Source: Promethearchaeota archaeon
GTDB taxonomy: Archaea; Asgardarchaeota; Lokiarchaeia; Sigyniarchaeales; Promethearchaeaceae
Direction of reading: 5' to 3'
Assembly: GCA_016933055.1 (NCBI GenBank)
Contig: JAFGBS010000027.1
Span: forward strand, 30,001 to 62,000
DNA length: 32,000 nucleotides
Under the pieces are notes generated by a model, which worked only from the letters and a program-made list of their open reading frames with translations, did not search any database and was not told the DNA's origin. Below are positions 9,068 to 18,247 of this stretch, one piece after another. Position numbers and translations under genes: made by a program. How positions within the stretch are numbered: the stretch's first letter is position 1; each line of letters starts with the position of its first letter.

Positions 9068-10018
9068 ATGTCGATTAAACAATATAGTGAAAAAGTCCCA
9101 AAGTCAAAATGGCTCGCTCATAACTATAAATATTACACACGAATGGCGGAAACGGAAAAAGATTTTAATCGAGTTTTCCGAATCCGATACTCAGTATTTC
9201 ATGATGAACTAAACGAGGCACCATATAATGAAGAGGGTCTTGATTATGATGCCTTTGATATTAACAAATGTGCGGATTATGTCTTGTTGTGTGTAAAAGA
9301 AACTGAAGAAATAGTGGGTTTATACCGAACTATACCACATAGCAAAGCTATTCCCGAATTAGGCTATTATTACTCCGCAATTGAGTTTAACTTGGATGCA
9401 GTTATAAATGATCCTAAGTACAGCAATTCCGTATCCGATCTAGGGCGTTTAGTTATACTGAAAGAACATCGTGGTGGAACTCAGCTCCTTCTCCTTTGGA
9501 TGGGTTTGTTACAGTTTTGTATTAACAATAAAGTTCGTTATCTCCTCGGATGTGGTTCCCTTGCTGCAGATATCACTAAAAAAGATGTCGAAGATTTATT
9601 GTGTATATTAGAGAGTAAAGGAATGATTAAACACAAGCCCAATGTCTTTCCTCGACCCCCATCCGAACAAAGAATTCTGTGTAAAAAATATATGGATAAA
9701 GACCCCAATCCTGAGTTATTAGAGAAAAGAGATGATTTAATCGATTTTAATATCCCGGAAAAGCCCTCGAAAAACATAGAACTACCCTTTCTAATCCGTA
9801 GATATCAACAAGTTGGGGCTGTACTTATCGGCTATCCAAGTTTTGATGGATACGACTTCGGAACTTACGATCTCTTTGTTATGATTGATCGAAAAACCTT
9901 GAAAACTTGGATTGCAATATTCGGTATCAAAGCAAAATTATTAGCCGATAGGCTTCATAAAGGTAAGAAGAAAAAGAAAAAAATCGTATTGTATCCGCGT
10001 AAAAATAAAAAAAGTTAG
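9068..10018 (+). CDS. GNAT-fold N-acyltransferase, OlsB (ornithine N-acyltransferase)/COG3176-like
   Basis: RIRYSVF..E...GLDYDAFD...IVGLYR...YYSAIEFNL...DLGRLVILKEHRGG..LLLLWMGL...YLLGCGS...LPFLIRRYQQVGA..IGYP.FD.DFGTYDLFV follows the OlsB-family motif order over the full length. Lys-rich C-terminal tail. Confidence 0.8.
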   Translation: MSIKQYSEKVPKSKWLAHNYKYYTRMAETEKDFNRVFRIRYSVFHDELNEAPYNEEGLDYDAFDINKCADYVLLCVKETEEIVGLYRTIPHSKAIPELGYYYSAIEFNLDAVINDPKYSNSVSDLGRLVILKEHRGGTQLLLLWMGLLQFCINNKVRYLLGCGSLAADITKKDVEDLLCILESKGMIKHKPNVFPRPPSEQRILCKKYMDKDPNPELLEKRDDLIDFNIPEKPSKNIELPFLIRRYQQVGAVLIGYPSFDGYDFGTYDLFVMIDRKTLKTWIAIFGIKAKLLADRLHKGKKKKKKIVLYPRKNKKS

Positions 10019-10247
10019 GATGCATCACGGGTTCACTCAGAAATTACATCCACAATCTAAAATTTCTGGGTGTCTAGATACTGGAGAAGGTCATCTTTTC
10101 CTTTTTTATGTTCCAAAACTCCTAATGTTTGGTGATTACTTTGGATCTACTCCTCATCTAATTAACACTTGATAATTTTTGTTAACGAAATACATGAGAG
10201 TAAATAATTTGATAAATGGTGATTATCCCTTCTAGTTGAGATTAGAA

Positions 10248-10888
10248 TTAAGATTTTTTTGGTAGTGGAATCTTCTCATATTTTTTATAGGAACGAAATT
10301 CGTCATAGAAAAATACACTTGCAGAGTCTTCATAGGAATAACAGATTGGATTGATAAAAATCGTTCATGCAATTAGTTTATTTCTTTTTTTAGTGCTGAT
10401 ATATGATTCCTCTGAAAGGAAAATATCCCAAAAATCAAAAACATTATTCTTTGAGATTTAGTTAAATCTTTGAATTTGATCAAATTCATTTACATTGGCT
10501 AAGAATTTCAAAAAATCACCGATAAAAGTTTTGCAGTAAAGAAAACAGTTTATTGTAGATCGAAGTTGTTCTTCGGGACTATGCCATTGGTAAACCCTAA
10601 AATTACATATGTATGCTGAGTTAGTATGTAGTATTTAGCTTTCCGATCACTACTCACTGTTTCTTCATGAGAAACATTGACTAGAGTATTATTGATTAAG
10701 ATTTTCGTATGCCTTTGAAGAGTGGTCCTTGAACATCTCACTCTTCAGGTCAATACCATAAAACTTTATCTATAGAAACAATCAATAGTGATGTAATTCA
10801 TAAATTCATATCATTTGATAAGGATTTTTGCTTATTGAATAGAATTGTTTTATCAGTGGTCAGTTAGATCATATTTAAAATTCCACAT
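10248..10888 (-). pseudogene. Decayed winged-helix (ArsR/HTH_20-like) transcriptional regulator
   Basis: Frame of ORF 10550-10741 reads MVLT*RVRCSRTTLQRHTKILINNTLVNVSHEETVSSDRKAKYYILTQ (recognition helix plus wing). A shifted frame continues SPEEQLRSTINCFLYCKTFIGDFLKFLAN...DFWDIFLSEESYIS... with internal stops. SD-like GAGGT and ATG near 10888. Boundaries approximate. Confidence 0.5.
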
Positions 10889-10916
10889 CTCACACACTAC
10901 CTCGCTGCAATTATAT

Positions 10917-11921
10917 TTAACTGAAAGATATTGCTTTTTCTCGTTTTACAGCTAAATTATCCCATTTTCCACAGCGACTCCCCCAACGAGCGATTAATTG
11001 CCCATTCTGCTTAATTTCGACTACTTCACAATGATTAGGACAATCTTTACATTCAAAACCTTTAGATTCAAAGATCAATTCAGGTATATCCCATCCGTAA
11101 AAGTTCGATGGATGTGGATTCTCTTCCATTGTTTCTTGAGCTAAAATCGCTATCCCGATTGCTCCCATAACATCATAATTTTTGGGAACGTATATATCAA
11201 GATTTAAGGTCCGTTGGAATGCTTCTCGGATTCCCTTATTTGCTGCCACGCCCCCTTGGAACATTATTGGGGCGCGTATGTCCTTACCTTTTCCGACATT
11301 ATTTAAATAATTACGGACCAATGCTTCGCACAACCCACGAATGATGTCTGGTATTGCGTGCCCCAGTTGGGTTTTATGAATCATGTCACTTTCTGCAAAT
11401 ACTGTGCACCGACCTGCTATTGAGACAGGTTCACTTGATTGAAGAGCTAGGTCTCCAAATTTTTCTATCGGAATTTTCAATCGGCGAGCTTGTTGATCTA
11501 AGAAGGAACCTGTACCTGCAGCACATACTGTATTCATAGCAAAATCAATGGCAACCCCTTCACGGATGATAATAATCTTGGAATCTTGCCCACCTATTTC
11601 TATTACGGTTTGAATGTCAGATCTAACATGTAATGCAGCGAGAGAATGGGCTGTAATTTCGTTTCTTACAACATCTGCACCAACAATTACTCCCGTCAAT
11701 TGTCGTGCAGATCCCGTTGCTCCTGCACCGCTTATTTCGATAATCTCTGGAAATTTTTTCTTAAGTTTATCCTTCATAATTTGAATTCCCTTTTGAACAG
11801 ATGCAATGGGCTTACCTTCTGTTCGGATATATACTGTTTCAATAATATTTCTGTTATTATCAATTACTGCAAGATTGGTTGAAATCGATCCGACATCAAC
11901 CCCGATGTAATATTTTTTCAT
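10917..11921 (-). CDS. Acyl-CoA dehydratase activase-family ASKHA ATPase (HgdC/YjiL-like) with C-terminal Cys cluster
   Basis: GVDVGSISTN, EIGGQDSK, MNTVCAAGTGSFLDQQA, RCTVFAESD, FQGGVAANKG; C-terminal CKDCPNHC...GSRC. SD GGAGGT upstream. Confidence 0.92.
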   Translation of the reverse strand: MKKYYIGVDVGSISTNLAVIDNNRNIIETVYIRTEGKPIASVQKGIQIMKDKLKKKFPEIIEISGAGATGSARQLTGVIVGADVVRNEITAHSLAALHVRSDIQTVIEIGGQDSKIIIIREGVAIDFAMNTVCAAGTGSFLDQQARRLKIPIEKFGDLALQSSEPVSIAGRCTVFAESDMIHKTQLGHAIPDIIRGLCEALVRNYLNNVGKGKDIRAPIMFQGGVAANKGIREAFQRTLNLDIYVPKNYDVMGAIGIAILAQETMEENPHPSNFYGWDIPELIFESKGFECKDCPNHCEVVEIKQNGQLIARWGSRCGKWDNLAVKREKAISFS

Positions 11922-11923
11922 TA

Positions 11924-13039
11924 TTAGGGTATAACCTCCATAATTTGTACTTGTTGGGTCTTATCTTCTTTTTTTCGTTTTAATAAATCCACAAATGCCT
12001 CTAGACGAGTTTGAAAACCCGCTTCACCAGTATGTTCGTCTACAACGAGTGATAGGAACGGCATATCATATTTCCTACTAATCTCAGGTGCAATTGCTCG
12101 AGTAATTATCTCTGGCATGCAAGTGAATGGATATAGATGCACATTACCATCGAATCCAAGCTTTTTATAGTAAATAATATCTCCCAAGTTTTCTTGGGTT
12201 TCTCCTCCCACCCTATGGGCTACGTAAGGTTCACCGAGTTTTCGTGCTTTTAAATAGTGCATTTTCTTGAATGGGTTCAATTTTTGGCCAATATCAATAA
12301 ATCTACGTAGAGTAATGGGTGTTTCAACAATAACACCTAAATTATTCAATTTTCTACATACATCCACATTTAAAGCCGGTTCTAACACGACGTATATTTC
12401 TCCCGTTACCGAAACCTTTAACCGACCTTTATCCTTATACGTCTCTATTTCTCTTTTGAAAATTTCCGGTATCTCCTTGTAGAGTTTTCGTATGTTTAAT
12501 AACCCTCGAGTCTCTACGATCTTCCGAAATAATTTTTGTGCGAGTCTATCGGTTGAACCTTTTATGACCTCTAATGCTCTGTAACGATACACTAAGTTAT
12601 CCACTCGATCGGTAAGGCGATTTTTAACCCACGTAATCTGAAACGCACGTATTGTTTGGAGTGTATTTAATCCGGCACTTTCAGCTTTCAATGTTTTCAG
12701 AATATTGAGAGGTTTTTCATAATCTATATGCACAAATCGAAAATTATCATAACCCATGTCTTCTAAAATCAATTTTTGCACAGGCCAGTAATACCCAAAG
12801 CGGCAGTAGGCGTTGCATCCTCCCATACCAATTACATCTGCTCCTTTATTTAACATTTCGATAAATGTTCCTAAAGTTAATTTAAATGGAGTACAAACAA
12901 ACTCTGGTCCATATCGAGCTCCCAATTCTGCGGTTTTTTTTGTAGGTTTAATAGGAACCAAAGCATCTATTCCCAATTCATTCAAAAGAGATTCAATAAC
13001 GTATGTTAATGATCCAAAATGGGGATAAGTAAACGGCAT
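11924..13039 (-). CDS. CoA-substrate activase partner subunit (2-hydroxyacyl-CoA dehydratase-like fold)
   Basis: CTPFKLTLG, GGCNAYCRFGYY, VTGEIYV, PFTCMPE, DEHTGEAGFQTRLEAF. TAATG overlap with the upstream gene. Confidence 0.82.
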   Translation of the reverse strand: MPFTYPHFGSLTYVIESLLNELGIDALVPIKPTKKTAELGARYGPEFVCTPFKLTLGTFIEMLNKGADVIGMGGCNAYCRFGYYWPVQKLILEDMGYDNFRFVHIDYEKPLNILKTLKAESAGLNTLQTIRAFQITWVKNRLTDRVDNLVYRYRALEVIKGSTDRLAQKLFRKIVETRGLLNIRKLYKEIPEIFKREIETYKDKGRLKVSVTGEIYVVLEPALNVDVCRKLNNLGVIVETPITLRRFIDIGQKLNPFKKMHYLKARKLGEPYVAHRVGGETQENLGDIIYYKKLGFDGNVHLYPFTCMPEIITRAIAPEISRKYDMPFLSLVVDEHTGEAGFQTRLEAFVDLLKRKKEDKTQQVQIMEVIP

Positions 13040-14145
13040 TAGGCACTCCTCTTTCTCTTCTTTTTTCTGTTTACCATATCCATAAACGCTTCCAATCTTG
13101 TTCTCAAACCCGTTTCACCAGTAAGCTCATCAAATGTCAATTGAAGAACTGGGATTATAGGATTTCTTTTAGAAAATTGTGATACCATCTCTCCTACGAT
13201 AGAATCTGGTCCGCAACTGAAAATAATAATATGAATTATTCCATCTATCGATCTGTCTTCTAAAAAATGCATCACAGTACCTAAAAGTTCTCTCTCATAA
13301 TCGAAATACATATTGAAGTCTAATTTTTCCATTTGTTCTTCTATGATCTCACGAGGCATTTGCTCTGATGTGATCAAATTTACTCCGGCATCAATTAATT
13401 GCTGCTTAATGTTTAGAGAGGCATAAGGATCATTAATCATATAAGAATGTCCTACAAGAGCAATTTTTAATGGTATTGAGTTATCCTTAAGATCTGGGGG
13501 GTGATTTACAAAAATTTTATCCTGTTTCCAATCCGCTAATTCCTTAGGAGAAAGTATTTTCTTTTGTTTCCACAATTTATGAGATCTAAAAGCGCGTATC
13601 GCAGCACGAATAATCTTAAACGGATTTTTGGTGAACATTCTACCGATCGAAAATACAATTTGAACGATTCGCCATTTACCATGCCCTAACTTAGCTTTGG
13701 AATACGTGGGCATAATAATAGGGGGTAAATCCGGATGCATAGAACGCATTGCCTCTGCTAAACCAATAAACTTTGGACAACCAATATTAGTTTTATGCTC
13801 ACTCTGGAATCGGGGAATAAATATGTAATCTACTTTATCTTTCAAAGCCATAGTGTGACCATAATAAAGTTTTGTCGAATAGCAATCCTCATCTGGAGCA
13901 CATGATATACCCGTAGTTTTAATTTTTTTATTTGTTTTTGGGGATAAGATAACTTGCGCCCCTAATTCCTCGAAGAATGTTGTCCAAAGAGAATAGAATT
14001 TATAAAAAAGCAATGCTCGAGGAATTCCCACTGTTATTTTTAATTTTCCGCGTTGTATTTTTGATGCTGGTGTGGATTTCGTAAAATTCCCAATTTTAGG
14101 ATCTGATTCCTTTGCTTTCGGAATTTCAGTCTCGCTTGTTAACAT
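13039..14145 (-). CDS. DUF2229 CoA enzyme activase-related protein
   Basis: VGIPRALLFY..W.TFFEELG, CYSTKLYYGH, CPKFIGL, GHSYMINDPYASLNI, SCGPDS, DELTGETGLRTRLEAFMDM. Confidence 0.85.
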   Translation of the reverse strand: MLTSETEIPKAKESDPKIGNFTKSTPASKIQRGKLKITVGIPRALLFYKFYSLWTTFFEELGAQVILSPKTNKKIKTTGISCAPDEDCYSTKLYYGHTMALKDKVDYIFIPRFQSEHKTNIGCPKFIGLAEAMRSMHPDLPPIIMPTYSKAKLGHGKWRIVQIVFSIGRMFTKNPFKIIRAAIRAFRSHKLWKQKKILSPKELADWKQDKIFVNHPPDLKDNSIPLKIALVGHSYMINDPYASLNIKQQLIDAGVNLITSEQMPREIIEEQMEKLDFNMYFDYERELLGTVMHFLEDRSIDGIIHIIIFSCGPDSIVGEMVSQFSKRNPIIPVLQLTFDELTGETGLRTRLEAFMDMVNRKKKRKRSA

Positions 14146-14156
14146 CGCTCTATTTT

Positions 14157-14194
14157 CTCCTCCGAATAATTTCCGATATATTGTCAGTTATAAA
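14157..14194 (-). promoter_or_regulatory. Archaeal-type promoter (TTTATAA, 14188-14194) and SD (GGAGGAG, 14157-14163) of the activase operon
   Basis: Minus strand reads TTTATAA-N24-GGAGGAG-N11-ATG. Confidence 0.5.
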
Positions 14195-14743
14195 CATTCC
14201 AAGTTTCATCATAAAATGAGACACTTCTTAATCCTCTAAATTTTGGAAAGTTCATGATTGGATTAATCCAGTAAAGATTTGGATTGAAGTTATAAAAAAG
14301 CATCCAAAAAAGTAAAAAAGGATATTTTAATATTAAATAACCTTCTGATTGCCCTGTTAAATATAAAAATCTGCATTAATTCTATGCGATTTAGTGCCTA
14401 AATCCTACAAATCTAGTTCTCTAGCTCGACTAGTGACTCAAAATCATCCAATCTAATTTTTAAGGTAATTCTCTTGAGCTTAACCTACTAAAATCACAAA
14501 ACAATATCCCACTTTTCGAATCTGTTCTGATTAACTACAAATCTCTGTGGTGTTGAGGATGGACTCAGATTTATATTACTTATTTCTACGGAACAGCGAC
14601 TGGACTCAGATAATTAGAAACATAGAGGGTTTAAATTATTATTGAAAGGCTGAATTATTAGGATGTAAAGTAATTTGGTAATCTATAGAGATAGATAAAC
14701 AAAACCGGGATCTTTCAGTTTCAATAACCAATGATGTAAATCC

Positions 14744-14770
14744 AAAGAGAAGAGAAAAATCATCGAAAAA
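14744..14770 (-). terminator. T-rich tract after pncB, possible archaeal intrinsic terminator
   Basis: Minus strand TTTTTCGATGATTTTTCTCTTCTCTTT directly follows the stop codon. Confidence 0.3.
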
Positions 14771-14772
14771 GG

Positions 14773-16230
14773 TCAATCCTTTTTATACTTGTGTATTAAT
14801 TTTTGTCTGATATCATGAATAGTCTGCGAAATATAAATTTTATACCGATCTGGTTTCTCTAATCGATAAAAACGATGGGATAGATGGTTTACATCATGTT
14901 CCATATTTTGTCTTCCTTCTCTCCATGTAAGACGTTTATTCGTTCGATTCCCATTTTGAAACAAAATTGTCAGCATAGGCTCCATTATTTCGACGTTATC
15001 AAGAGCTATCTTTTCCTTGGGATGATATGGGTCATAAAAGTCTTGAGGAATTCGTATTTTATTATCGATTAATTCAACATTTAATTCCATTAAATCAAAT
15101 TTCATTGTAAGGTGGTCTCCCTCTTTTTTATAACACCGAAATAGTTCTTTATCTCCAGGAATATTAGTCTTTGAGGGATCTCCCGATACCTTGATGCGAG
15201 GATGTGATTTATATTGTGCAAGTTTATACACTCCTCCTAAAGCGGGTTCATCATAACAAGTCACTAATTTCGTTCCGATTCCCCAAATATCTGCTTTGCC
15301 CCCCTGCTTTTTAAATGATTCAATGTAATATTCATCCACATCATTTGAAATTATAATTTTAGTATTTGGAAATCCTGCAATATCCAACATTTTTCGAGCT
15401 TCTTGACTGAGTTTTACCATGTTCCCCGAATCCAATCGAATTCCCATCAACTCGTTACCTTTTTTCTGCAATTCCTTCCCAACTTTTATTGCATTTAACA
15501 CTCCTGATTTTAATGTATCATAGGTGTCTACTAACAATACAGTTGACTCGGGGTAAATTTCACTGTATCGCTTAAATGCTTCATATTCTGATGGATAACT
15601 CATGATCCAACTATGTGCTTGAGTTCCCGAGGCTTTAAGTCCTTCTCCAAGATGTTTTGCGGCTAAAACATTCGAAGTACCTTCACATCCCCCTAACATA
15701 CTAGCATATGATGCAATTAGGCTACCGTTATTACCTTGTGCTCTTCGTGCCCCAAACTCGAGAATCGGTTGCTTTCCGCTAGCAAGCCACATACGATTGG
15801 CTTTAGTTGCGCATAAAGTGGGGAAATTAAGAGAATTTAAGAGAAAGGTTTCTACGAGTTGACATTGAACTAAAGGTCCACTAACTTCTAAGATTGGTTC
15901 ATTCGCAAATACCACTCTACCTTCGGTAAATCCTTTTACAACTAACTGGTTATCCATAGTAGAGAGATATTCTAAAAAATTATCATCAAGGGAATTATAG
16001 GATTTGAGATACCTAATTTGATCTTCAGAAAATTGAAAATTTTCAAGTATGTCCAAAAAGTGTTCTACACCAGCAAGGATTGCATAACCCCCATTGAATG
16101 GATTTTCTCGAAAAAAATAATCAAAAACCACATGGTCCATTCCAATTCCATCTACATAATAACCATTACACATACTGAATTCGTAAAAATCAGTCAGTAA
16201 TAACAAATCCTTCATGTAGTCATGCCACAT
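14773..16230 (-). CDS. pncB: Nicotinate phosphoribosyltransferase
   Basis: LLTDFYEFSM, EFGARRAQG, GTQAHSW (phospho-His), LVDTYD, GIRLDSG, ISNDVDE, WGIGTKLVT, LGGVYKL. Start may be the second Met (16215). Confidence 0.96.
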   Translation of the reverse strand: MWHDYMKDLLLLTDFYEFSMCNGYYVDGIGMDHVVFDYFFRENPFNGGYAILAGVEHFLDILENFQFSEDQIRYLKSYNSLDDNFLEYLSTMDNQLVVKGFTEGRVVFANEPILEVSGPLVQCQLVETFLLNSLNFPTLCATKANRMWLASGKQPILEFGARRAQGNNGSLIASYASMLGGCEGTSNVLAAKHLGEGLKASGTQAHSWIMSYPSEYEAFKRYSEIYPESTVLLVDTYDTLKSGVLNAIKVGKELQKKGNELMGIRLDSGNMVKLSQEARKMLDIAGFPNTKIIISNDVDEYYIESFKKQGGKADIWGIGTKLVTCYDEPALGGVYKLAQYKSHPRIKVSGDPSKTNIPGDKELFRCYKKEGDHLTMKFDLMELNVELIDNKIRIPQDFYDPYHPKEKIALDNVEIMEPMLTILFQNGNRTNKRLTWREGRQNMEHDVNHLSHRFYRLEKPDRYKIYISQTIHDIRQKLIHKYKKD

Positions 16231-16248
16231 TTTTATGATCTAAAAAAA

Positions 16249-16278
16249 GTGTAGCACAGATAAAAAAGGTGTGTAGCA
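16249..16278. repeat. Direct repeat GTGTAGCA x2 (22-nt period) in the compact pncB/pncA divergent intergenic region
   Basis: TAAAAAAAGTGTAGCACAGA followed by TAAAAAAGGTGTGTAGCATT; core copies at 16249-16256 and 16271-16278. Confidence 0.55.
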
Positions 16279-16289
16279 TTCTTTCATAT

Positions 16290-16922
16290 ATGATAGAAAT
16301 AAAAAAAAAATCAGTACTTATCGTAATAGATATGCAAAATGATTTTCTTCCTGGAGGAGCGTTAGCCGTGGAAAATGGAGATCAAATAATAGATGGCATA
16401 AACAAAATAGCAGAAAAATTTTTTAATGAGGGGAATCCTGTTGTTTTTACGCAAGATTGGCATCCCAAAAATCATGCATCCTTTGCGAGTTCCCATGAGG
16501 GGAAAAACCCTGGAGACACTATCAAGGGAATTTATGGGATAGGACCGGTATTATGGCCGGATCATTGTGTTCAAAATACATCTGGTGCAGCAATCAATGA
16601 GCGGGTTCAAACTAAATATGGGATTGCTATTGTGCGCAAAGGATATCGCCAAAACATTGATAGTTATAGTGCGTTTTTTGAAAATGATCACCAGACACCC
16701 ACTGGATTGTCCAATTTCTTAAAAGGGTTAGGAGTGAAGATCGTGTATATCTGCGGACTGGCATTGGACTATTGTTGTTATTTTTCTGCTATCGATGCGA
16801 AATCAGAGGGATTCGAGGTTATTTTCCTAAAAAATTTAACAAAAGGTATAGACATTCCGGAAAATAATATTCAAAAAGCGCTAGAATCGATGAAAAATGC
16901 TGAAATAGTTATAATTGAATAA
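16290..16922 (+). CDS. pncA: Nicotinamidase/pyrazinamidase
   Basis: VIDMQNDFLPGGALAV, TQDWHP, WPDHCVQ, VRKG, YSAFFEND, GLALDYCC (catalytic D/K/C and metal ligands). ATG 16290 preferred over the GTG at 16269 in the track. Confidence 0.96.
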   Translation: MIEIKKKSVLIVIDMQNDFLPGGALAVENGDQIIDGINKIAEKFFNEGNPVVFTQDWHPKNHASFASSHEGKNPGDTIKGIYGIGPVLWPDHCVQNTSGAAINERVQTKYGIAIVRKGYRQNIDSYSAFFENDHQTPTGLSNFLKGLGVKIVYICGLALDYCCYFSAIDAKSEGFEVIFLKNLTKGIDIPENNIQKALESMKNAEIVIIE

Positions 16923-16959
16923 TTCACAATCAGGAGCCTTATTTTTTATTTTATAATAA

Positions 16960-18168
16960 ATGGAACCCTCAAATAACATAGTGAATTTACCTAATCTATA
17001 CGTAATGAAGCAACACCCCATCCAACATATGTTAAAAAGCGAATTTATTAAATTGGAGGAAAAAGAAGATAGTTTTCTTTCAGAATTTAATAACAAAGTC
17101 ATAAAATTATTCAAAAATGCGTTCTGGAAATCAAAATCACTGAAATATAAAGTATTTTTACTTAAAACCATAATTTTTCAGCGAAAAGCAACTCGACGAC
17201 GAGCTAAATACAATCTACATGGAACCCATGTACCTGCATTTTTAATCTTTTCTGTAACACATCGTTGTAATCTCCGCTGTAAAGGTTGTTACGCAAATAC
17301 TTTCAGGGATTTGAGTGGAATCCCTCCTAAGGAACTTGAACTGAATAAGATGGAACAAATTTTGGGTGAAGCAAACGATGCTGGATCTAACATAGTTCTA
17401 TTAGCGGGGGGTGAGCCTTTTGTGAGAGTGAAGGAATTATTCCACTTAGCGACAAAATTTCCTCAAATTATCTTTCCCGTTTTCACAAATGGGACATTAC
17501 TTAACCAAGATATTATACAAACTCTCAAGAAACATCGTAATATTATACCTGTGTTAAGTATTGAAGGCCACATGGTTGAGACAGATGCACGTAGGGGAGA
17601 AGGTATTTATAAAAACATCCTTAATGTTATGCAATTGCTAAACCAAAATGCTATTTTTTTCGGTACATCGATAACTCTAACACGAAAAAATTTCACTCTT
17701 GTAACAAATCAAAGTTTTATCGAGAGTATATTGGGATATGGTTGCAAGCTTTTTTTCTATATTGATTATGTACCGGTAATCTCAGGTACAGAAGAATTAA
17801 TGTTGACCGAAGAGCAAGCAGAATCAATACCTCAAATAACCACTAAATATCAAAGTGAATATCCCGCATTGTTTATTGGTTTTCCAGGAGATGAAGAGAA
17901 AATGGGTGGTTGTTTGTCTAGTGGGCGAGGTTTCTTCCATATAAGCCCAGAAGGATATGTAGAACCATGTCCATTCGCACCGGTCCAAGCTGCAGATTTA
18001 AATGAAGTGAGTTTTCTAGATGCATTACAAAGTCCTTTATTAAAAGCAATTCGAGCTAATCATGACAAATTGGTGGAAACGCAAAGTGGTTGTGCACTTT
18101 GGGAAAACCAGGAATGGTTAAGAGATCTGAATTTGCAAGTTAAAGCGAAAAAAGTTACTCCTGGATAA
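16960..18168 (+). CDS. Radical SAM protein with reduced SPASM/twitch C-terminus
   Basis: CNLRCKGC (CX3CX2C), AGGEP, FTNG, SIEG, GCLSSGRGFFHISPEGYVEPCPFAP...SGCALW. A TATA-like TTTTATAA at 16949-16956 suggests the real start is ATG 17005 or later. Confidence 0.9.
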   Translation: MEPSNNIVNLPNLYVMKQHPIQHMLKSEFIKLEEKEDSFLSEFNNKVIKLFKNAFWKSKSLKYKVFLLKTIIFQRKATRRRAKYNLHGTHVPAFLIFSVTHRCNLRCKGCYANTFRDLSGIPPKELELNKMEQILGEANDAGSNIVLLAGGEPFVRVKELFHLATKFPQIIFPVFTNGTLLNQDIIQTLKKHRNIIPVLSIEGHMVETDARRGEGIYKNILNVMQLLNQNAIFFGTSITLTRKNFTLVTNQSFIESILGYGCKLFFYIDYVPVISGTEELMLTEEQAESIPQITTKYQSEYPALFIGFPGDEEKMGGCLSSGRGFFHISPEGYVEPCPFAPVQAADLNEVSFLDALQSPLLKAIRANHDKLVETQSGCALWENQEWLRDLNLQVKAKKVTPG

Positions 18169-18217
18169 CCTTATACTTTTTCATGAAATTCTCAATTTAT
18201 TTTTTTAATTTCAAACA

Positions 18218-18225
18218 TTTTAAAA
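18218..18225 (+). promoter_or_regulatory. TATA box (TTTTAAAA) of the hydrolase gene
   Basis: Ends about 22 nt upstream of ATG 18248, consistent with a leaderless archaeal transcript. Confidence 0.35.
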
Positions 18226-18247
18226 AATTTAACATCGACTACAATTT

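Noticed and set aside
14290-14580. Minus-strand frame with an LRR-like fragment (RITLKIRLDDFESLVELEN*I)
   Set aside because: Five internal stops in about 97 codons is what chance gives in AT-rich DNA, and only one partial repeat is visible.
14560-14611. Mini-CRISPR array
   Set aside because: Only two 11-bp copies, far shorter than CRISPR repeats, and no cas genes.
16960-18168. Radical SAM protein as the anaerobic sulfatase maturase (anSME) for the nearby sulfatase
   Set aside because: It lacks the Cys-rich two-cluster SPASM pattern of anSME, and two genes separate it from the sulfatase.
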